IMG/VR virus record: IMGVR_UViG_3300028025_002014
Location: 1-30,323 of that record
Direction: 5' to 3' (one strand)
DNA from: a virus
Taxonomy: Duplodnaviria > Caudoviricetes
DNA length: 30,323 bases
A program made the translations under genes and the position numbers. Of this stretch, positions 6,615 through 16,339 are shown one piece after another. Each line of letters opens with the position of its first letter. The first letter of the stretch is position 1. Below the pieces are notes generated by a model. That model saw only the letters and a program-made list of their open reading frames with translations, ran no database searches and was not told where the DNA came from.

Positions 6615-8093
6615 ATGAATACAACATTGACACAAGACTATCAATATGTCTCAACAACCAACAATGAATTCCAACGCAATAGAGATCGTTGGGAATTCCT
6701 ATACTACTCTGCTGTTGGTGGTGAGGAATATCGCAGACAGGGCTATCTTACCCGCTACAAACTAGAATCAAACGAAGAATACCAACAACGCCTACGCACA
6801 ACACCCTTGGACAATCATGTTCAGAGTGTAGTGCAGGTCTATGTCAGTTATCTGTTCCGTGAAGAACCTGATCGTGACATGAAGGGTTGGGAACTGCAAG
6901 AAGATGTAAAGAATTTTATCAAAGATGCAGACATGGATGGTCGCTCACTAGACTCATTCATGAAGGATGCCAGTTATTGGTCCAGCATCTTTGGACACGC
7001 TTGGATTATTATGACCAAGCCTAACCTGGGAGCACCTACACTGGGTGCAGAACAGGCCATGGGTGTAAGACCCTATATCAACCTATTAACACCACTAACC
7101 GTAATGGACTGGACTTGGGAGCGAACACCGTCAGGTGCCTATGTATTGTCATATTTCAAATACATTGAAGAAGTAGTTGATAAGATCACAGTGGTCAAAG
7201 AATGGACCCGTGAAACTATCAAGACTTGGGAAATGAATGACGAAAAGAAAGAAGCCTATGCTGTCATGGAAGAAGTTAATGGACTGGGTATTATCCCCGC
7301 TGTGATTGCCTACAATAAACGCTCAGTAGTCCGTGGTATTGGTGTTAGTGATGTCAGTGATATTGCTGATATTCAACGACTGATCTACAACTACAACAGT
7401 GAGATAGAGCAGGCACACCGTCTAGCAGGACATCCTAGCCTTGTTGTTACACCTGACACGCAGTATGGTAATGGTGCAGGTTCATTGATTGTTATCCCAG
7501 AGAACATGGATCCAGGCTTGAAGCCTTATGCACTAGAGTTCTCAGGTGTTAATGTTGCTAGCCTCCACGAAAGTATTAATCAGTTGGTGCAGAGCATTGA
7601 TCGTCTAAGTAACACAGGTGGCGTTCGTGCTACAGAAACACGCACACTAAGTGGTGTGGCCATGGAAGTAGAGTTCTCATTGCTTAATGCAAGATTAGCA
7701 GAAAAAGCAGACATGATGGAACTAGCAGAAGAACAACTATGGAAACTGTTTGGTCTATATCAAGGCCGTGAATGGCAGGGTGAGATTGACTACCCAGGAT
7801 CTTTCAATGTGCGTGATACACAGCGTGAATTTGCTCAATTAACACAGGCCAAAGCAGCCGCAACTGATCCTCGTGTATTACAGGTTATTGACCATGAATT
7901 AGTTGAATTGCTAGGGGAGGATCCAGATCTAGTATTGGCCACTAGCGAATACTTGCCAGCAGAACAACTGCCAGCAACAGAGCCATTTGAACCACACAAG
8001 ATGATTGACCCAGCAACAGGCCAAGAATACATTGCTCGCACTGAAGCAGAACACCTAGCCTACGCTGAACTAGGTTATGTGCATGAGGATTGA
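6615..8093 (+). CDS. Portal protein
   Basis: 492 aa directly after TerL; largely helical; SGVAMEVEF motif as in SPP1-like portals. Confidence 0.88.
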   Translation: MNTTLTQDYQYVSTTNNEFQRNRDRWEFLYYSAVGGEEYRRQGYLTRYKLESNEEYQQRLRTTPLDNHVQSVVQVYVSYLFREEPDRDMKGWELQEDVKNFIKDADMDGRSLDSFMKDASYWSSIFGHAWIIMTKPNLGAPTLGAEQAMGVRPYINLLTPLTVMDWTWERTPSGAYVLSYFKYIEEVVDKITVVKEWTRETIKTWEMNDEKKEAYAVMEEVNGLGIIPAVIAYNKRSVVRGIGVSDVSDIADIQRLIYNYNSEIEQAHRLAGHPSLVVTPDTQYGNGAGSLIVIPENMDPGLKPYALEFSGVNVASLHESINQLVQSIDRLSNTGGVRATETRTLSGVAMEVEFSLLNARLAEKADMMELAEEQLWKLFGLYQGREWQGEIDYPGSFNVRDTQREFAQLTQAKAAATDPRVLQVIDHELVELLGEDPDLVLATSEYLPAEQLPATEPFEPHKMIDPATGQEYIARTEAEHLAYAELGYVHED

Positions 8094-8095
8094 TC

Positions 8096-8257
8096 ATGCC
8101 AGTTAAGCCAGTTAGAACAACACGCAATGGTCGCCCTGTTCAAGGTTACAAATGGGGCGACTCAGGTAAGATCTACACAGGACCAGGAGCGAAAGCAAAG
8201 GCCGCGGCACAAGGCCGTGCTGCCTATGCATCAGGTTATAAAGGAAAAACAAAATGA
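8096..8257 (+). CDS. Small basic phage protein (53 aa, MPVKP...GYKWGDSGKIY...)
   Basis: GAGGA SD; resembles small basic proteins seen in phage head modules. Confidence 0.7.
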   Translation: MPVKPVRTTRNGRPVQGYKWGDSGKIYTGPGAKAKAAAQGRAAYASGYKGKTK

Positions 8258-8328
8258 ACAATCCATTACCAGTTAGAGGCATGAGAACTGCTAAGAACAA
8301 AAAACGTCCTAAACCACCTAAAAGATGA
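8254..8328 (+). CDS. 24-aa basic Pro/Lys-rich peptide
   Basis: SD AAGGA, ATGA overlap; MNNPLPVRGMRTAKNKKRPKPPKR. Confidence 0.5.
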   Translation: MNNPLPVRGMRTAKNKKRPKPPKR

Positions 8329-8353
8329 CCTTCTAACCAGGTTTGATTAAATA
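8328..8353 (+). promoter_or_regulatory. Late-type promoter ACCTTCT-N13-TAAATA
   Basis: TAAATA 8348-8353 with a degenerate upstream element at identical spacing; heads the scaffold-capsid operon. Confidence 0.65.
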
Positions 8354-8411
8354 TAACACTGAGGGCTAGGACCCTCTACCAATTTACTCTTTGAAAGGGA
8401 GGCGATGCACA

Positions 8412-9077
8412 ATGTCAGACAATACATTGGTTAATGATGAGACTGGCTCATCTGAAGATAACAACCAGGCAACCAAGCAGACAAAAACCTACACACAGGA
8501 AGAATTTGATGCACACATGGCTCGTATGAAGACTTCAATTACTAAAAAGTATGAGAAGACATTCCAAGAGTTAGGTGACATTGATGAACTTAGAGAACTA
8601 AAAGCCAACGCTGAACGTAAGGCCCTTGAGGACCAGAAGAAGCGTGGTGAGTTTGACAAGATCCTGCAGGAAATGGCTGCTAAAAAAGACGCTGAAATTG
8701 CCAAGCGAGATCAGTTGATTCGTGAATATACCGTGGATTTGCCTTTGGTGAATGCGGCTGCTCAGTTCCGTGCTGTTAATGCGGATCAGGTTAAGCAGTT
8801 GTTGAAGCCTAACATTAGGTTTGGTGAAGATGGGGCTGTAGAGATTATTGACCGCGAGGGTAAAACTCGCTACACAGATCAAGGCACCCCTTTCAAAGTT
8901 GAAGATTTAGTGTCTGAGTTTCTAACACAGAACCCACACTTTGTCCAACCTACACCAGCAACTACACAGGGTAAGAGTAACGTTTCAAGTATGCCTGGCA
9001 AACTTGACCTCACAAAACTTGATATGCGTAATCCTGAACACAGGAAGATGTATCAAGAGGCAAGGTTTAAAAAATAA
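8412..9077 (+). CDS. Capsid scaffolding protein
   Basis: KTYTQEEFD motif plus coiled coil, directly before the capsid gene; ATG 8412 has SD GGGAGG. Confidence 0.85.
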   Translation: MSDNTLVNDETGSSEDNNQATKQTKTYTQEEFDAHMARMKTSITKKYEKTFQELGDIDELRELKANAERKALEDQKKRGEFDKILQEMAAKKDAEIAKRDQLIREYTVDLPLVNAAAQFRAVNADQVKQLLKPNIRFGEDGAVEIIDREGKTRYTDQGTPFKVEDLVSEFLTQNPHFVQPTPATTQGKSNVSSMPGKLDLTKLDMRNPEHRKMYQEARFKK

Positions 9078-9098
9078 CTTACTTAAAGGAAAAATAAA

Positions 9099-9971
9099 AT
9101 GAGTTACCCATCAAACAACAACACTGACATCAACAGTGAATTATTTGCCAATTTCGTTGCAGACGCTCAATACGCTATGTATGAAGCATCTGTTGCTCGT
9201 CAGTTGGTCAAGGCATTTGACGTGCCAATGAACGCTGGTAAAGTAGTTCAGGTTCCAGTATGGGCCAGCATCGCAGCAGAAGTAATTGCTGACGAAGCAG
9301 CCGCTACTGCTAAAACTACAAACACTACTGCACCTACAATCACATTGAAGGAACACGTGGTCTATAACCAAATCACTGACATGTTACGTGACAGTGCTTA
9401 CGGCGATGTAATGAGCGAATTGGCTATCCAAAGCGGTCAAGCAATTGGTGAAAGCCTAGACACCACAGTGTTTGCTGAATTCGCTAATTTCTCTAGCGAT
9501 GTTGGCTCCACTTCTACAGAATTGACCACAGAGTTGATCCTAAAGGGTGCTGCAACACTTCGTGCTGCTAAGGTTCAAGGACCATACTTCGCAGTTGTTC
9601 ATCCAAACGCTGCATTCTACATGAAGAAGACTTTAACACAAGTTCTTCCATACAGCGGTGCTACTGGCTTGGCTAACCCAAGTGCAGTTGGTAACCAAGT
9701 TATGGTTTCTGGCATTATTGGTTCTATTGGTGGCGTTACAGTCATTGAGAGCCCATTAGTTGCTAGCGTAACTACTGGCGGTGCTACTGCTTATCGTGGT
9801 GGTGTTTTTGCTGCTTCTGCATTAGGTCTTGCACAGCGTGGTGGTGTTGATATGAACACTCTATATCTACCTGCTGCTCGTGCTACTGACCTAGTATTGA
9901 AAGCAGTTGCTGGTGCTGCTGTTATTCGTAGCACACATGGAGTTGCAATCACTTCTGAAGGCACTATCTAA
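9099..9971 (+). CDS. Major capsid protein (HK97 fold)
   Basis: 290 aa after the scaffold; YFAVVHP and G.IG.IGGV.VIES motifs; strong codon bias. Confidence 0.9.
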   Translation: MSYPSNNNTDINSELFANFVADAQYAMYEASVARQLVKAFDVPMNAGKVVQVPVWASIAAEVIADEAAATAKTTNTTAPTITLKEHVVYNQITDMLRDSAYGDVMSELAIQSGQAIGESLDTTVFAEFANFSSDVGSTSTELTTELILKGAATLRAAKVQGPYFAVVHPNAAFYMKKTLTQVLPYSGATGLANPSAVGNQVMVSGIIGSIGGVTVIESPLVASVTTGGATAYRGGVFAASALGLAQRGGVDMNTLYLPAARATDLVLKAVAGAAVIRSTHGVAITSEGTI

Positions 9972-9983
9972 TAGGAGTCTAAC

Positions 9984-10505
9984 ATGGCATTCATTAACTC
10001 AGGTGGGAATGTAATAAGTTTTGCGGAATATGAAGATGTTACCGCAATTGATCAACGCCTATTTGAGGCTAATGAAGGTTTCACTGATGTAATTGTTGAG
10101 GATGCACTAGAGAAGGCAACGACTCGTATCCTCAACAAGATTAAATCTAGTGATTGGTGGAGAAGTTACTATGTGCGTCAAAGTGCTGGTAGCAATCCCA
10201 ACATCTACACATCAACTCTTATTGATGTTCCTGCACCAAATCCAAACTTGATCAAAGCACGACAGGATGAATTTACTGACATGTGTGTTTATTTCACACT
10301 AAGTGAGTATTTGTATCCTAAGATTGCGGACTTTGGCAATACAGATTCAGCAGAGCGTCAGAAGATTGGCTTCTTTGATGAGAAGTTCCGCGTGATGTTC
10401 AAGGACTTACTTGAAGCAGGCGATTGGTATGATTTCAACAATGGTGGCACTGTTACCAATGATGAGAAAGCACCTAGTCGTCAGAACATTGTGAGAGCAA
10501 GATGA
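9984..10505 (+). CDS. Putative head-tail adaptor
   Basis: Synteny after the capsid gene; helical; SD AGGAG. Confidence 0.6.
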   Translation: MAFINSGGNVISFAEYEDVTAIDQRLFEANEGFTDVIVEDALEKATTRILNKIKSSDWWRSYYVRQSAGSNPNIYTSTLIDVPAPNPNLIKARQDEFTDMCVYFTLSEYLYPKIADFGNTDSAERQKIGFFDEKFRVMFKDLLEAGDWYDFNNGGTVTNDEKAPSRQNIVRAR

Positions 10506-10897
10506 GAGCAGAACTCTTGTCCTACCTAACTACTGCTACTTCAACTGCAACAGTGAAGACAGTCAGTGAGTTACCTTGGAACACAGCAGGTGAAGCACTT
10601 TATATTAAAAACATGAAGAAGTTTTACCTGGACCAGGAAGAATACAGCGAGTCAGTCCTGATTCCTGTGCTACCTGGGCAGAACGATGTCATGCAAAGAG
10701 AAATAACTGTAACAGGTTATTTTGCAGTAGATGCCAAAAACCAACCCGCTAATTTATCAGCATCACTAACCACCATATTAGGTGCTAAAGATAGAACAGG
10801 TATAGACAACTTTGGAATTGAAAGTGACTATACCACAGAAATACGAGACGATGTCTTAATATACACCGTCCAGTATAGATTGAACACCACAGCATAA
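10502..10897 (+). CDS. Putative neck/tail terminator protein
   Basis: 131 aa directly before the tail tube gene. Confidence 0.55.
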   Translation: MRAELLSYLTTATSTATVKTVSELPWNTAGEALYIKNMKKFYLDQEEYSESVLIPVLPGQNDVMQREITVTGYFAVDAKNQPANLSASLTTILGAKDRTGIDNFGIESDYTTEIRDDVLIYTVQYRLNTTA

Positions 10898-10914
10898 CTT
10901 AAGGAGAACATACC

Positions 10915-11388
10915 GTGGCATATATTAATGTATCAGGAAGTGGCGACTTTGCAACACTAGTTGTTAGCACAGCGACCATTACTTCTATTGACACCGCTAC
11001 TCATATTGTTGTTCCTGGAATGCAAAACATTACCCTTAACAATGGTAACGGAGTATTCCGTTGGAAACAATTAGACAGCACAAGCGAATACGCAATCGCG
11101 ATCGCAGCAACCAACCAAGTCTCTATGAACATCGTTCTAGATTCCGCAACCTTCTTTGGTGACGGATCTGGTGAAGATGCTCTAAGCAGAGGCCTGTTTG
11201 ACATCAGCAATGACAAATCATTGGTGCATTTCCGCTTATATTGGAGCGGAACTGGATCTGGTGACAAGTATGTGAGTGGCACTGGCTACTTCACAGGCCT
11301 AGCACCTACTGTCAGTGCAGACCAACCTGTTTGGGTAAGCCCATTGACTATTGACGTCGCTGGTGACTTTACTCCAGGCACAGTTTAA
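10915..11388 (+). CDS. Major tail tube protein
   Basis: GTG start with SD AAGGAG; beta-rich, 157 aa; followed by a terminator and chaperone genes. Confidence 0.75.
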   Translation: MAYINVSGSGDFATLVVSTATITSIDTATHIVVPGMQNITLNNGNGVFRWKQLDSTSEYAIAIAATNQVSMNIVLDSATFFGDGSGEDALSRGLFDISNDKSLVHFRLYWSGTGSGDKYVSGTGYFTGLAPTVSADQPVWVSPLTIDVAGDFTPGTV

Positions 11389-11407
11389 TCACAAATTAGA
11401 CTAAAAC

Positions 11408-11441
11408 AAGCCCTATCTAACCCATAGGGCTTTCTTTTCTT
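11408..11441 (+). terminator. Intrinsic terminator
   Basis: AAGCCCTAT/ATAGGGCTT stem followed by TCTTTTCTT. Confidence 0.8.
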
Positions 11442-11447
11442 TAAATA
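11440..11447 (+). promoter_or_regulatory. Late-type promoter box TTTAAATA
   Basis: TAAATA 11442-11447 abuts the terminator U-tract and precedes SD AGGAGA. Confidence 0.6.
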
Positions 11448-11469
11448 ACAGCATAGGAGATTTGCAGAC

Positions 11470-11643
11470 ATGGACTTTAAAAGTCTAACTACCAAAGAAA
11501 TAGTTCAAACACTATTGGCAGAAAATGCCAAAGCCCTGAGTGAGATACGTCACGCACAGGATGATTTAGAAAAAGCAGAGTCAAGGTTAAAGTTTAACTT
11601 GGCACTGATTCACAACTTAAACACAAGAGATTTAAAGGAATAA
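11470..11643 (+). CDS. Small coiled-coil protein (57 aa, MDFKSLTTKE...)
   Basis: SD AGGAGA; fills the gap; below the ORF-track cutoff. Confidence 0.7.
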   Translation: MDFKSLTTKEIVQTLLAENAKALSEIRHAQDDLEKAESRLKFNLALIHNLNTRDLKE

Positions 11644-11648
11644 GATCT

Positions 11649-11993
11649 ATGGATATCAAACAATTCGCCCGCAAACCACAGTTAGTAGAAGTCGCACTTG
11701 ACGATGCCGCCCTAGTAGAAGCCTATGGTGATGTTATCAAGTTCTGGATGTATGACTTTGTGGATATCAACACCTACTTTGACTTCTTCCGTAGTCAAAG
11801 CGAAAAGAACAACAGCCAACTGAATGCCATGCTACGCAGTATTATTCTTAATGCTGAAGGTCAGCCTAGTCTTGAGCCTGGTGACAGCCTACCCATTGAC
11901 ATTTCAGTTGCCGCATTGACTAAGATCAATGAAATCCTGGGAAAGTCAAATCCCAAGCCATTGACCTCAGAAGTTGGGAATCAGGAAAAATGA
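11649..11993 (+). CDS. Tail assembly chaperone (gpG-like)
   Basis: Between tail tube and tape measure; in-frame G GGA AAG slippery site near its 3' end. Confidence 0.75.
   Translation: MDIKQFARKPQLVEVALDDAALVEAYGDVIKFWMYDFVDINTYFDFFRSQSEKNNSQLNAMLRSIILNAEGQPSLEPGDSLPIDISVAALTKINEILGKSNPKPLTSEVGNQEK
11939..11945 (+). other. Programmed -1 ribosomal frameshift site GGGAAAG
   Basis: Same heptamer as lambda G/T; the -1 frame is open through to the stop at 12184. Confidence 0.8.
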
Positions 11994-12184
11994 TTACCAT
12001 AGGTCATTTGGCGAAAACATACGGCCTACTGCCTAGCCAGGTAGCAGCCCATGCAACAACATTTGACCTAATGATTACTGACGTTTATCAGGCTTGGGAA
12101 CACTATCAAAAGGATCCTAATGCAATTGACAACTATAGTCCAGAACAGTTAGAAGAAATACTTAAGAAGGGCAAGGGGCGATGA
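11990..12184 (+). CDS. Tail assembly chaperone frameshift extension (gpT-like)
   Basis: In the -1 frame relative to 11649; LAKTYGLLPSQV-type motif. Confidence 0.7.
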   Translation: MITIGHLAKTYGLLPSQVAAHATTFDLMITDVYQAWEHYQKDPNAIDNYSPEQLEEILKKGKGR

Positions 12185-12456
12185 GAGGTGCATTCAATCT
12201 ACGCATAAACCAAATCAAAGGCATCTTGGATCAAAACAAGATGGCCAATGAAGCACACAAGGTGTTCCTCAGAAACACACCCGTTAAGACAGGCAACGCA
12301 AGAGCCAACACTGAACTGGTGCGTAATGAGATCATTGCGGACTACCCCTATGCAGTTAGATTGGATCAAGGATGGAGCAAACAAAGCCCTAAGGGTATGA
12401 GCGAACCCACGATAAAGTTCCTGCAGGACTATATCAAGAAGAATTTAGGAAAATAA
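12181..12456 (+). CDS. HK97 gp10-like tail completion protein
   Basis: TPVKTGNAR...YAVRLDQGWSKQSPKGM motif. Confidence 0.75.
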   Translation: MRGAFNLRINQIKGILDQNKMANEAHKVFLRNTPVKTGNARANTELVRNEIIADYPYAVRLDQGWSKQSPKGMSEPTIKFLQDYIKKNLGK

Positions 12457-12457
12457 T

Positions 12458-14632
12458 ATGGCCACTACCATTGAAAGATTTATAACCCGTGTCACTGTTG
12501 AAGGTGCAGACAAACTAGACCGTTTAGGTGCCAGTGCTGACTCAGTCAATAGCAAGATGAATGGATTGATCAGCACACTAGCAGGACTTAGTTTTGGTGC
12601 CCTACTAAAAGGAGCACTTGACTCAGCAGACCGCATGGCTGACCTAAGTGATGCTACTGGTATCACTGTGGGCAGTATCAAGGCATTTGGTCAGGCTATG
12701 AATGATGCTGGTGGAAACAGTAAGAACGCTGAGAAGGCCATCATGGCCTTGTATGGTGCTATTGAATCAGCAGCAGATGGTAGTGAGCGAACACAGTCAG
12801 CATTTGGTCGTGTTGGTGTTAGTCTAAATGACCTACGCAATCTAAGTGAAGCAGACATCTTAAACAAGACTATCAAAGGTCTTGCAGATATGTCAGCAGG
12901 CAGTGAGCGTACTGCCACAGCCACAGCATTACTAGGACGCAGTTTCCGTGGTATTGATACTGGCAAATTCTTAGAAGCCTTAGATGCTGGCAAGTATCAG
13001 GATGCAGAAGCAGCCATTCTTGCAGCCGCAGATGCCAATCAGAAACTAGAACAGGCCATGGGCAATCTACAGATTGGTGCAATGAAGGCAATGCAACCTA
13101 TCATTGAAATGTTTGGTGAAACTGAACTGTCAATTGCAGCCGCTGAGAAGATTGTCAAAGCATTAGGCATCACATTTGCTGTGGTCTTTGGAGCACAGGC
13201 AGTGGCTGGCATTGTAGGTATGATCACTGCCGTGGCTAACCTAAACAAAGCATTAGGCATCACAGCAGCCTTGAGTAATGTAGTTGGCAAGAGTCCATTG
13301 GGCATACTGATCAAAATAGGTGCCACAGTGGCAGCAGTTGGTGGTGCAGCAGTGGCCATTGACGAACTGATGAAGGCCAATGATGACCTAGCAGCATCAG
13401 CAGAAAAGGCAGCAACCAGTCAAAGTAAGATACCTGCAGGACAGGTTATTGCCACAGGCGGTGGTGGATCAGCAAATCGTATTGTTAAACTAAATCCACA
13501 AGCAGAAGCAGCACAAAAAGCAGCAGCAGAAAGTGCAAAAAGAATTGCACAAAGCCAAGCAGAGTATGAGCGTATTCTCAACCAATCAACAGTTGATGAG
13601 ATTTCCAACATCCGTGCCAATGCTGCCGCTGACATTTCAAAAGCAGAAATTGATATCAAGGCACGTGAGCACCTAACTATTGCACAGCGTGAAGAAGAAC
13701 TTGCTGCCAAGCGATTAGAAATCAATGCCAAGGCAGCACATGACATTGCCAAGATTGAAACTGATGCTCGTAAAGGAGCACAGGATCAAGTTCAGAGCAT
13801 ACAGGATCAAACAAAATCACTTGAAGCCAAGTTTGCTCTAAGTCAGCGTATTCAAGACCTTGGACCAATACAAGCAGAGCGTGAGCAGCGTATTGCTGAC
13901 GCCATTGCTGAACAGACACGTCAAGTTGAAGAACTTAACCGTCGTAAGAATTTACCAGAACCTGATCGCTTAAAGGCAGAGCAGGCGATCAATGCTGAAT
14001 ATGAGCGACGTCTAGAATTAATTGACAAAGAAGCACAACTAAAGATGGCACGTGAGCAGGACTTTGGTGAAGGTGTTAAGAAAGCCATGAAGGACTTTGA
14101 ACAGAGCATGACACCGTTGCGTCAAGGTGAAGACATGGCCCGTTCAGTGTTTGGTAACATGACTTCAGCACTAGACAACTTTGTTGAAACAGGCAAGTTT
14201 AACTTTGCTGACTTTGCACGTTCAGTCATCATGGATCTATTAAAGATTCAAATGCGTGCCGCAGCCACACAATTATTCACACAGGCCATGGGCTTCTTTG
14301 GGTTTGCCAATGGCGGTGCATTCCAGAATGGTAAGACTATGGCATTTGCCAATGGTGGTATTGTTGGAGGACCTACACTGTTCCCAATGGCCAATGGCAC
14401 AGGACTTATGGGCGAAGCAGGACCAGAAGCAATCATGCCCTTACGCAGAGGCAAGGATGGTAAGTTAGGTGTTGCATCAGAGGGTATGGGTCAGAGTGTG
14501 GTCAATAACTACAACTATTCAATCTCAGCAGTGGATGCCAAATCAGTAGCACAGTTATTTGCTGAAAATCGTAAGACACTGTTGGGCACAGTGCGTCAGG
14601 CAGAAAAAGAACTGCCATTTAGGGGAGTCTAA
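12458..14632 (+). CDS. Tape measure protein
   Basis: 724 aa, Ala-rich helical; C-terminal GKFNFADFARSVI, FANGG and GEAGPEAIMPL motifs as in lambda-like TMPs. Confidence 0.92.
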   Translation: MATTIERFITRVTVEGADKLDRLGASADSVNSKMNGLISTLAGLSFGALLKGALDSADRMADLSDATGITVGSIKAFGQAMNDAGGNSKNAEKAIMALYGAIESAADGSERTQSAFGRVGVSLNDLRNLSEADILNKTIKGLADMSAGSERTATATALLGRSFRGIDTGKFLEALDAGKYQDAEAAILAAADANQKLEQAMGNLQIGAMKAMQPIIEMFGETELSIAAAEKIVKALGITFAVVFGAQAVAGIVGMITAVANLNKALGITAALSNVVGKSPLGILIKIGATVAAVGGAAVAIDELMKANDDLAASAEKAATSQSKIPAGQVIATGGGGSANRIVKLNPQAEAAQKAAAESAKRIAQSQAEYERILNQSTVDEISNIRANAAADISKAEIDIKAREHLTIAQREEELAAKRLEINAKAAHDIAKIETDARKGAQDQVQSIQDQTKSLEAKFALSQRIQDLGPIQAEREQRIADAIAEQTRQVEELNRRKNLPEPDRLKAEQAINAEYERRLELIDKEAQLKMAREQDFGEGVKKAMKDFEQSMTPLRQGEDMARSVFGNMTSALDNFVETGKFNFADFARSVIMDLLKIQMRAAATQLFTQAMGFFGFANGGAFQNGKTMAFANGGIVGGPTLFPMANGTGLMGEAGPEAIMPLRRGKDGKLGVASEGMGQSVVNNYNYSISAVDAKSVAQLFAENRKTLLGTVRQAEKELPFRGV

Positions 14633-15318
14633 TGAGCATACAAAACATTATCAACATCGCTGACACTATTCAGATCAATCGCCGTAAGGTCATTGGCATT
14701 CAATACACACGCAACGAGATTGCCCGCATCAGCGAACTGGTCACACGCAATCCATGGCGTTTTTCAGTGAAAGTATCAGCAGTTCTACGCTATGACCTGC
14801 CTGCTACTCGTGCCTTACTTGAAGAACTGGATAGACTAGATCGTAGGATCCCAGAAGAAATTACTTTTGCCAACAACAGTAATCTTAACTGGATGTTCAG
14901 TTATCAAGGTAGCCTAACACTGGCAGAAAGAAATACACTACGTGTCAGCAGGTTTGGTGACTCAACACATGACTACAATGAATTGGTCTTAACTGGATTG
15001 CCTACAACTGGTGCCAATGCCTTGCCCACTGCGGTTATGTTTAAGAAAGGTGACATCATACAGGTTAGTGGTTATCCTTATCCTTTCACAGTGCAGAACA
15101 CACAAGTTTTACGCGGCAGTTCTAATACAATAAGTATCACAACGCATAGAGAAAACTTTATTGACACATCAGTTGTCAATGGCAGTGTTGTTGCTGGACC
15201 AGCAGTTGAATTCAATATGTTCTGCACTAACATGCCAACCTATACTTTCGTAGGTAAGAACATGGTGCAGTTTGATGGTGCATTTGAACTCTATGAATAC
15301 ACAGGAACAATTCTATGA
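14632..15318 (+). CDS. Distal tail protein (putative)
   Basis: First gene after the TMP; beta-rich. Confidence 0.6.
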   Translation: MSIQNIINIADTIQINRRKVIGIQYTRNEIARISELVTRNPWRFSVKVSAVLRYDLPATRALLEELDRLDRRIPEEITFANNSNLNWMFSYQGSLTLAERNTLRVSRFGDSTHDYNELVLTGLPTTGANALPTAVMFKKGDIIQVSGYPYPFTVQNTQVLRGSSNTISITTHRENFIDTSVVNGSVVAGPAVEFNMFCTNMPTYTFVGKNMVQFDGAFELYEYTGTIL

Positions 15319-15896
15319 GCACATACATTGAGGAAGTTGATTCCGTTGATCGCATTAGGTCAGCAGAGTTTATCAAACTTACTGTCATTGGCACTAACAC
15401 CAATGCAATCTACACATTCTCAACCAGTTACAAGAAAGAAACTATTGGCGGTGTTGAATACTCACCAATGGGCGGACTTATTGCTATTGGTAATCAACAG
15501 CGTGATCTTGCAGTCACAGCCTATGACACCAGTATCAGCCTAGCAGGTGTAGATCCAGCCAACATCAGCCTTGTGCTTAACACTAACATTCGTGGCAGTG
15601 AGATTGAAATACACAGGGGATTTTACAGTGACGGTGGTCTAATCACTGGCATGTATCCACGCTTCACTGGCATTGTTACCAGTTACACAATCTCAGAGCA
15701 GCGTGAAGATCAAATTGACAGTTTCTCAGTGGTTATCAATTGCAGTTCTTACAAGTCAATTCTAGAAAACAACATTGGCGGACGTAGAACCAGTCCTGAC
15801 ATTTGGAAAACACTCTATGCAGGCACTGACACCTCTATGGACAATGTGGTCAATCTAAATGGTGCATACTTTGACTTTGGAGTCCCAGTTAAATGA
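15315..15896 (+). CDS. Tail tip/hub protein (putative)
   Basis: Synteny; IxRGF...RFTGIV pattern. Confidence 0.55.
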   Translation: MSTYIEEVDSVDRIRSAEFIKLTVIGTNTNAIYTFSTSYKKETIGGVEYSPMGGLIAIGNQQRDLAVTAYDTSISLAGVDPANISLVLNTNIRGSEIEIHRGFYSDGGLITGMYPRFTGIVTSYTISEQREDQIDSFSVVINCSSYKSILENNIGGRRTSPDIWKTLYAGTDTSMDNVVNLNGAYFDFGVPVK

Positions 15897-16339
15897 TTAG
15901 ACAGGCCACAAAGTTTGACACAGATCGCATCATTGAGATGTTACGCAGTTATAGATCAGCAACACCTTGGGATCGCCTTGCACTTTGCGACAATGAACTG
16001 CATGTCAAAAGACTACTGACACATGTATTTGCAGGCATGGGAGTAATCTTTCTTGCAGAACGTGAGAATCAAATAGTGGGCATGTTGATTGCAGTTAAGA
16101 ATGCCAATGTTTGGGATCCAGACCTTGTGGTAATGAATGAACTATGCTATTGGGTTGATCCTGAATGGCGTGGTGGCACAAGTGGTTATAGATTACTTGC
16201 TGCCTACAAAGAATACGGTGATAGATTAAAAGAGCAAGGGCTTATTGAAGCCTACACTATCAGTAAAATGGTCAATAGTCCTGACCTAGACTACAGCAGA
16301 TTTGGCTTCCAGAAATTGGAAGAGACTTGGAGAAATTAA
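15893..16339 (+). CDS. GNAT-family acetyltransferase
   Basis: MIRQAT start, IVGML, YWVDPEWRGG acetyl-CoA motif and YSRFGF. Confidence 0.8.
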   Translation: MIRQATKFDTDRIIEMLRSYRSATPWDRLALCDNELHVKRLLTHVFAGMGVIFLAERENQIVGMLIAVKNANVWDPDLVVMNELCYWVDPEWRGGTSGYRLLAAYKEYGDRLKEQGLIEAYTISKMVNSPDLDYSRFGFQKLEETWRN

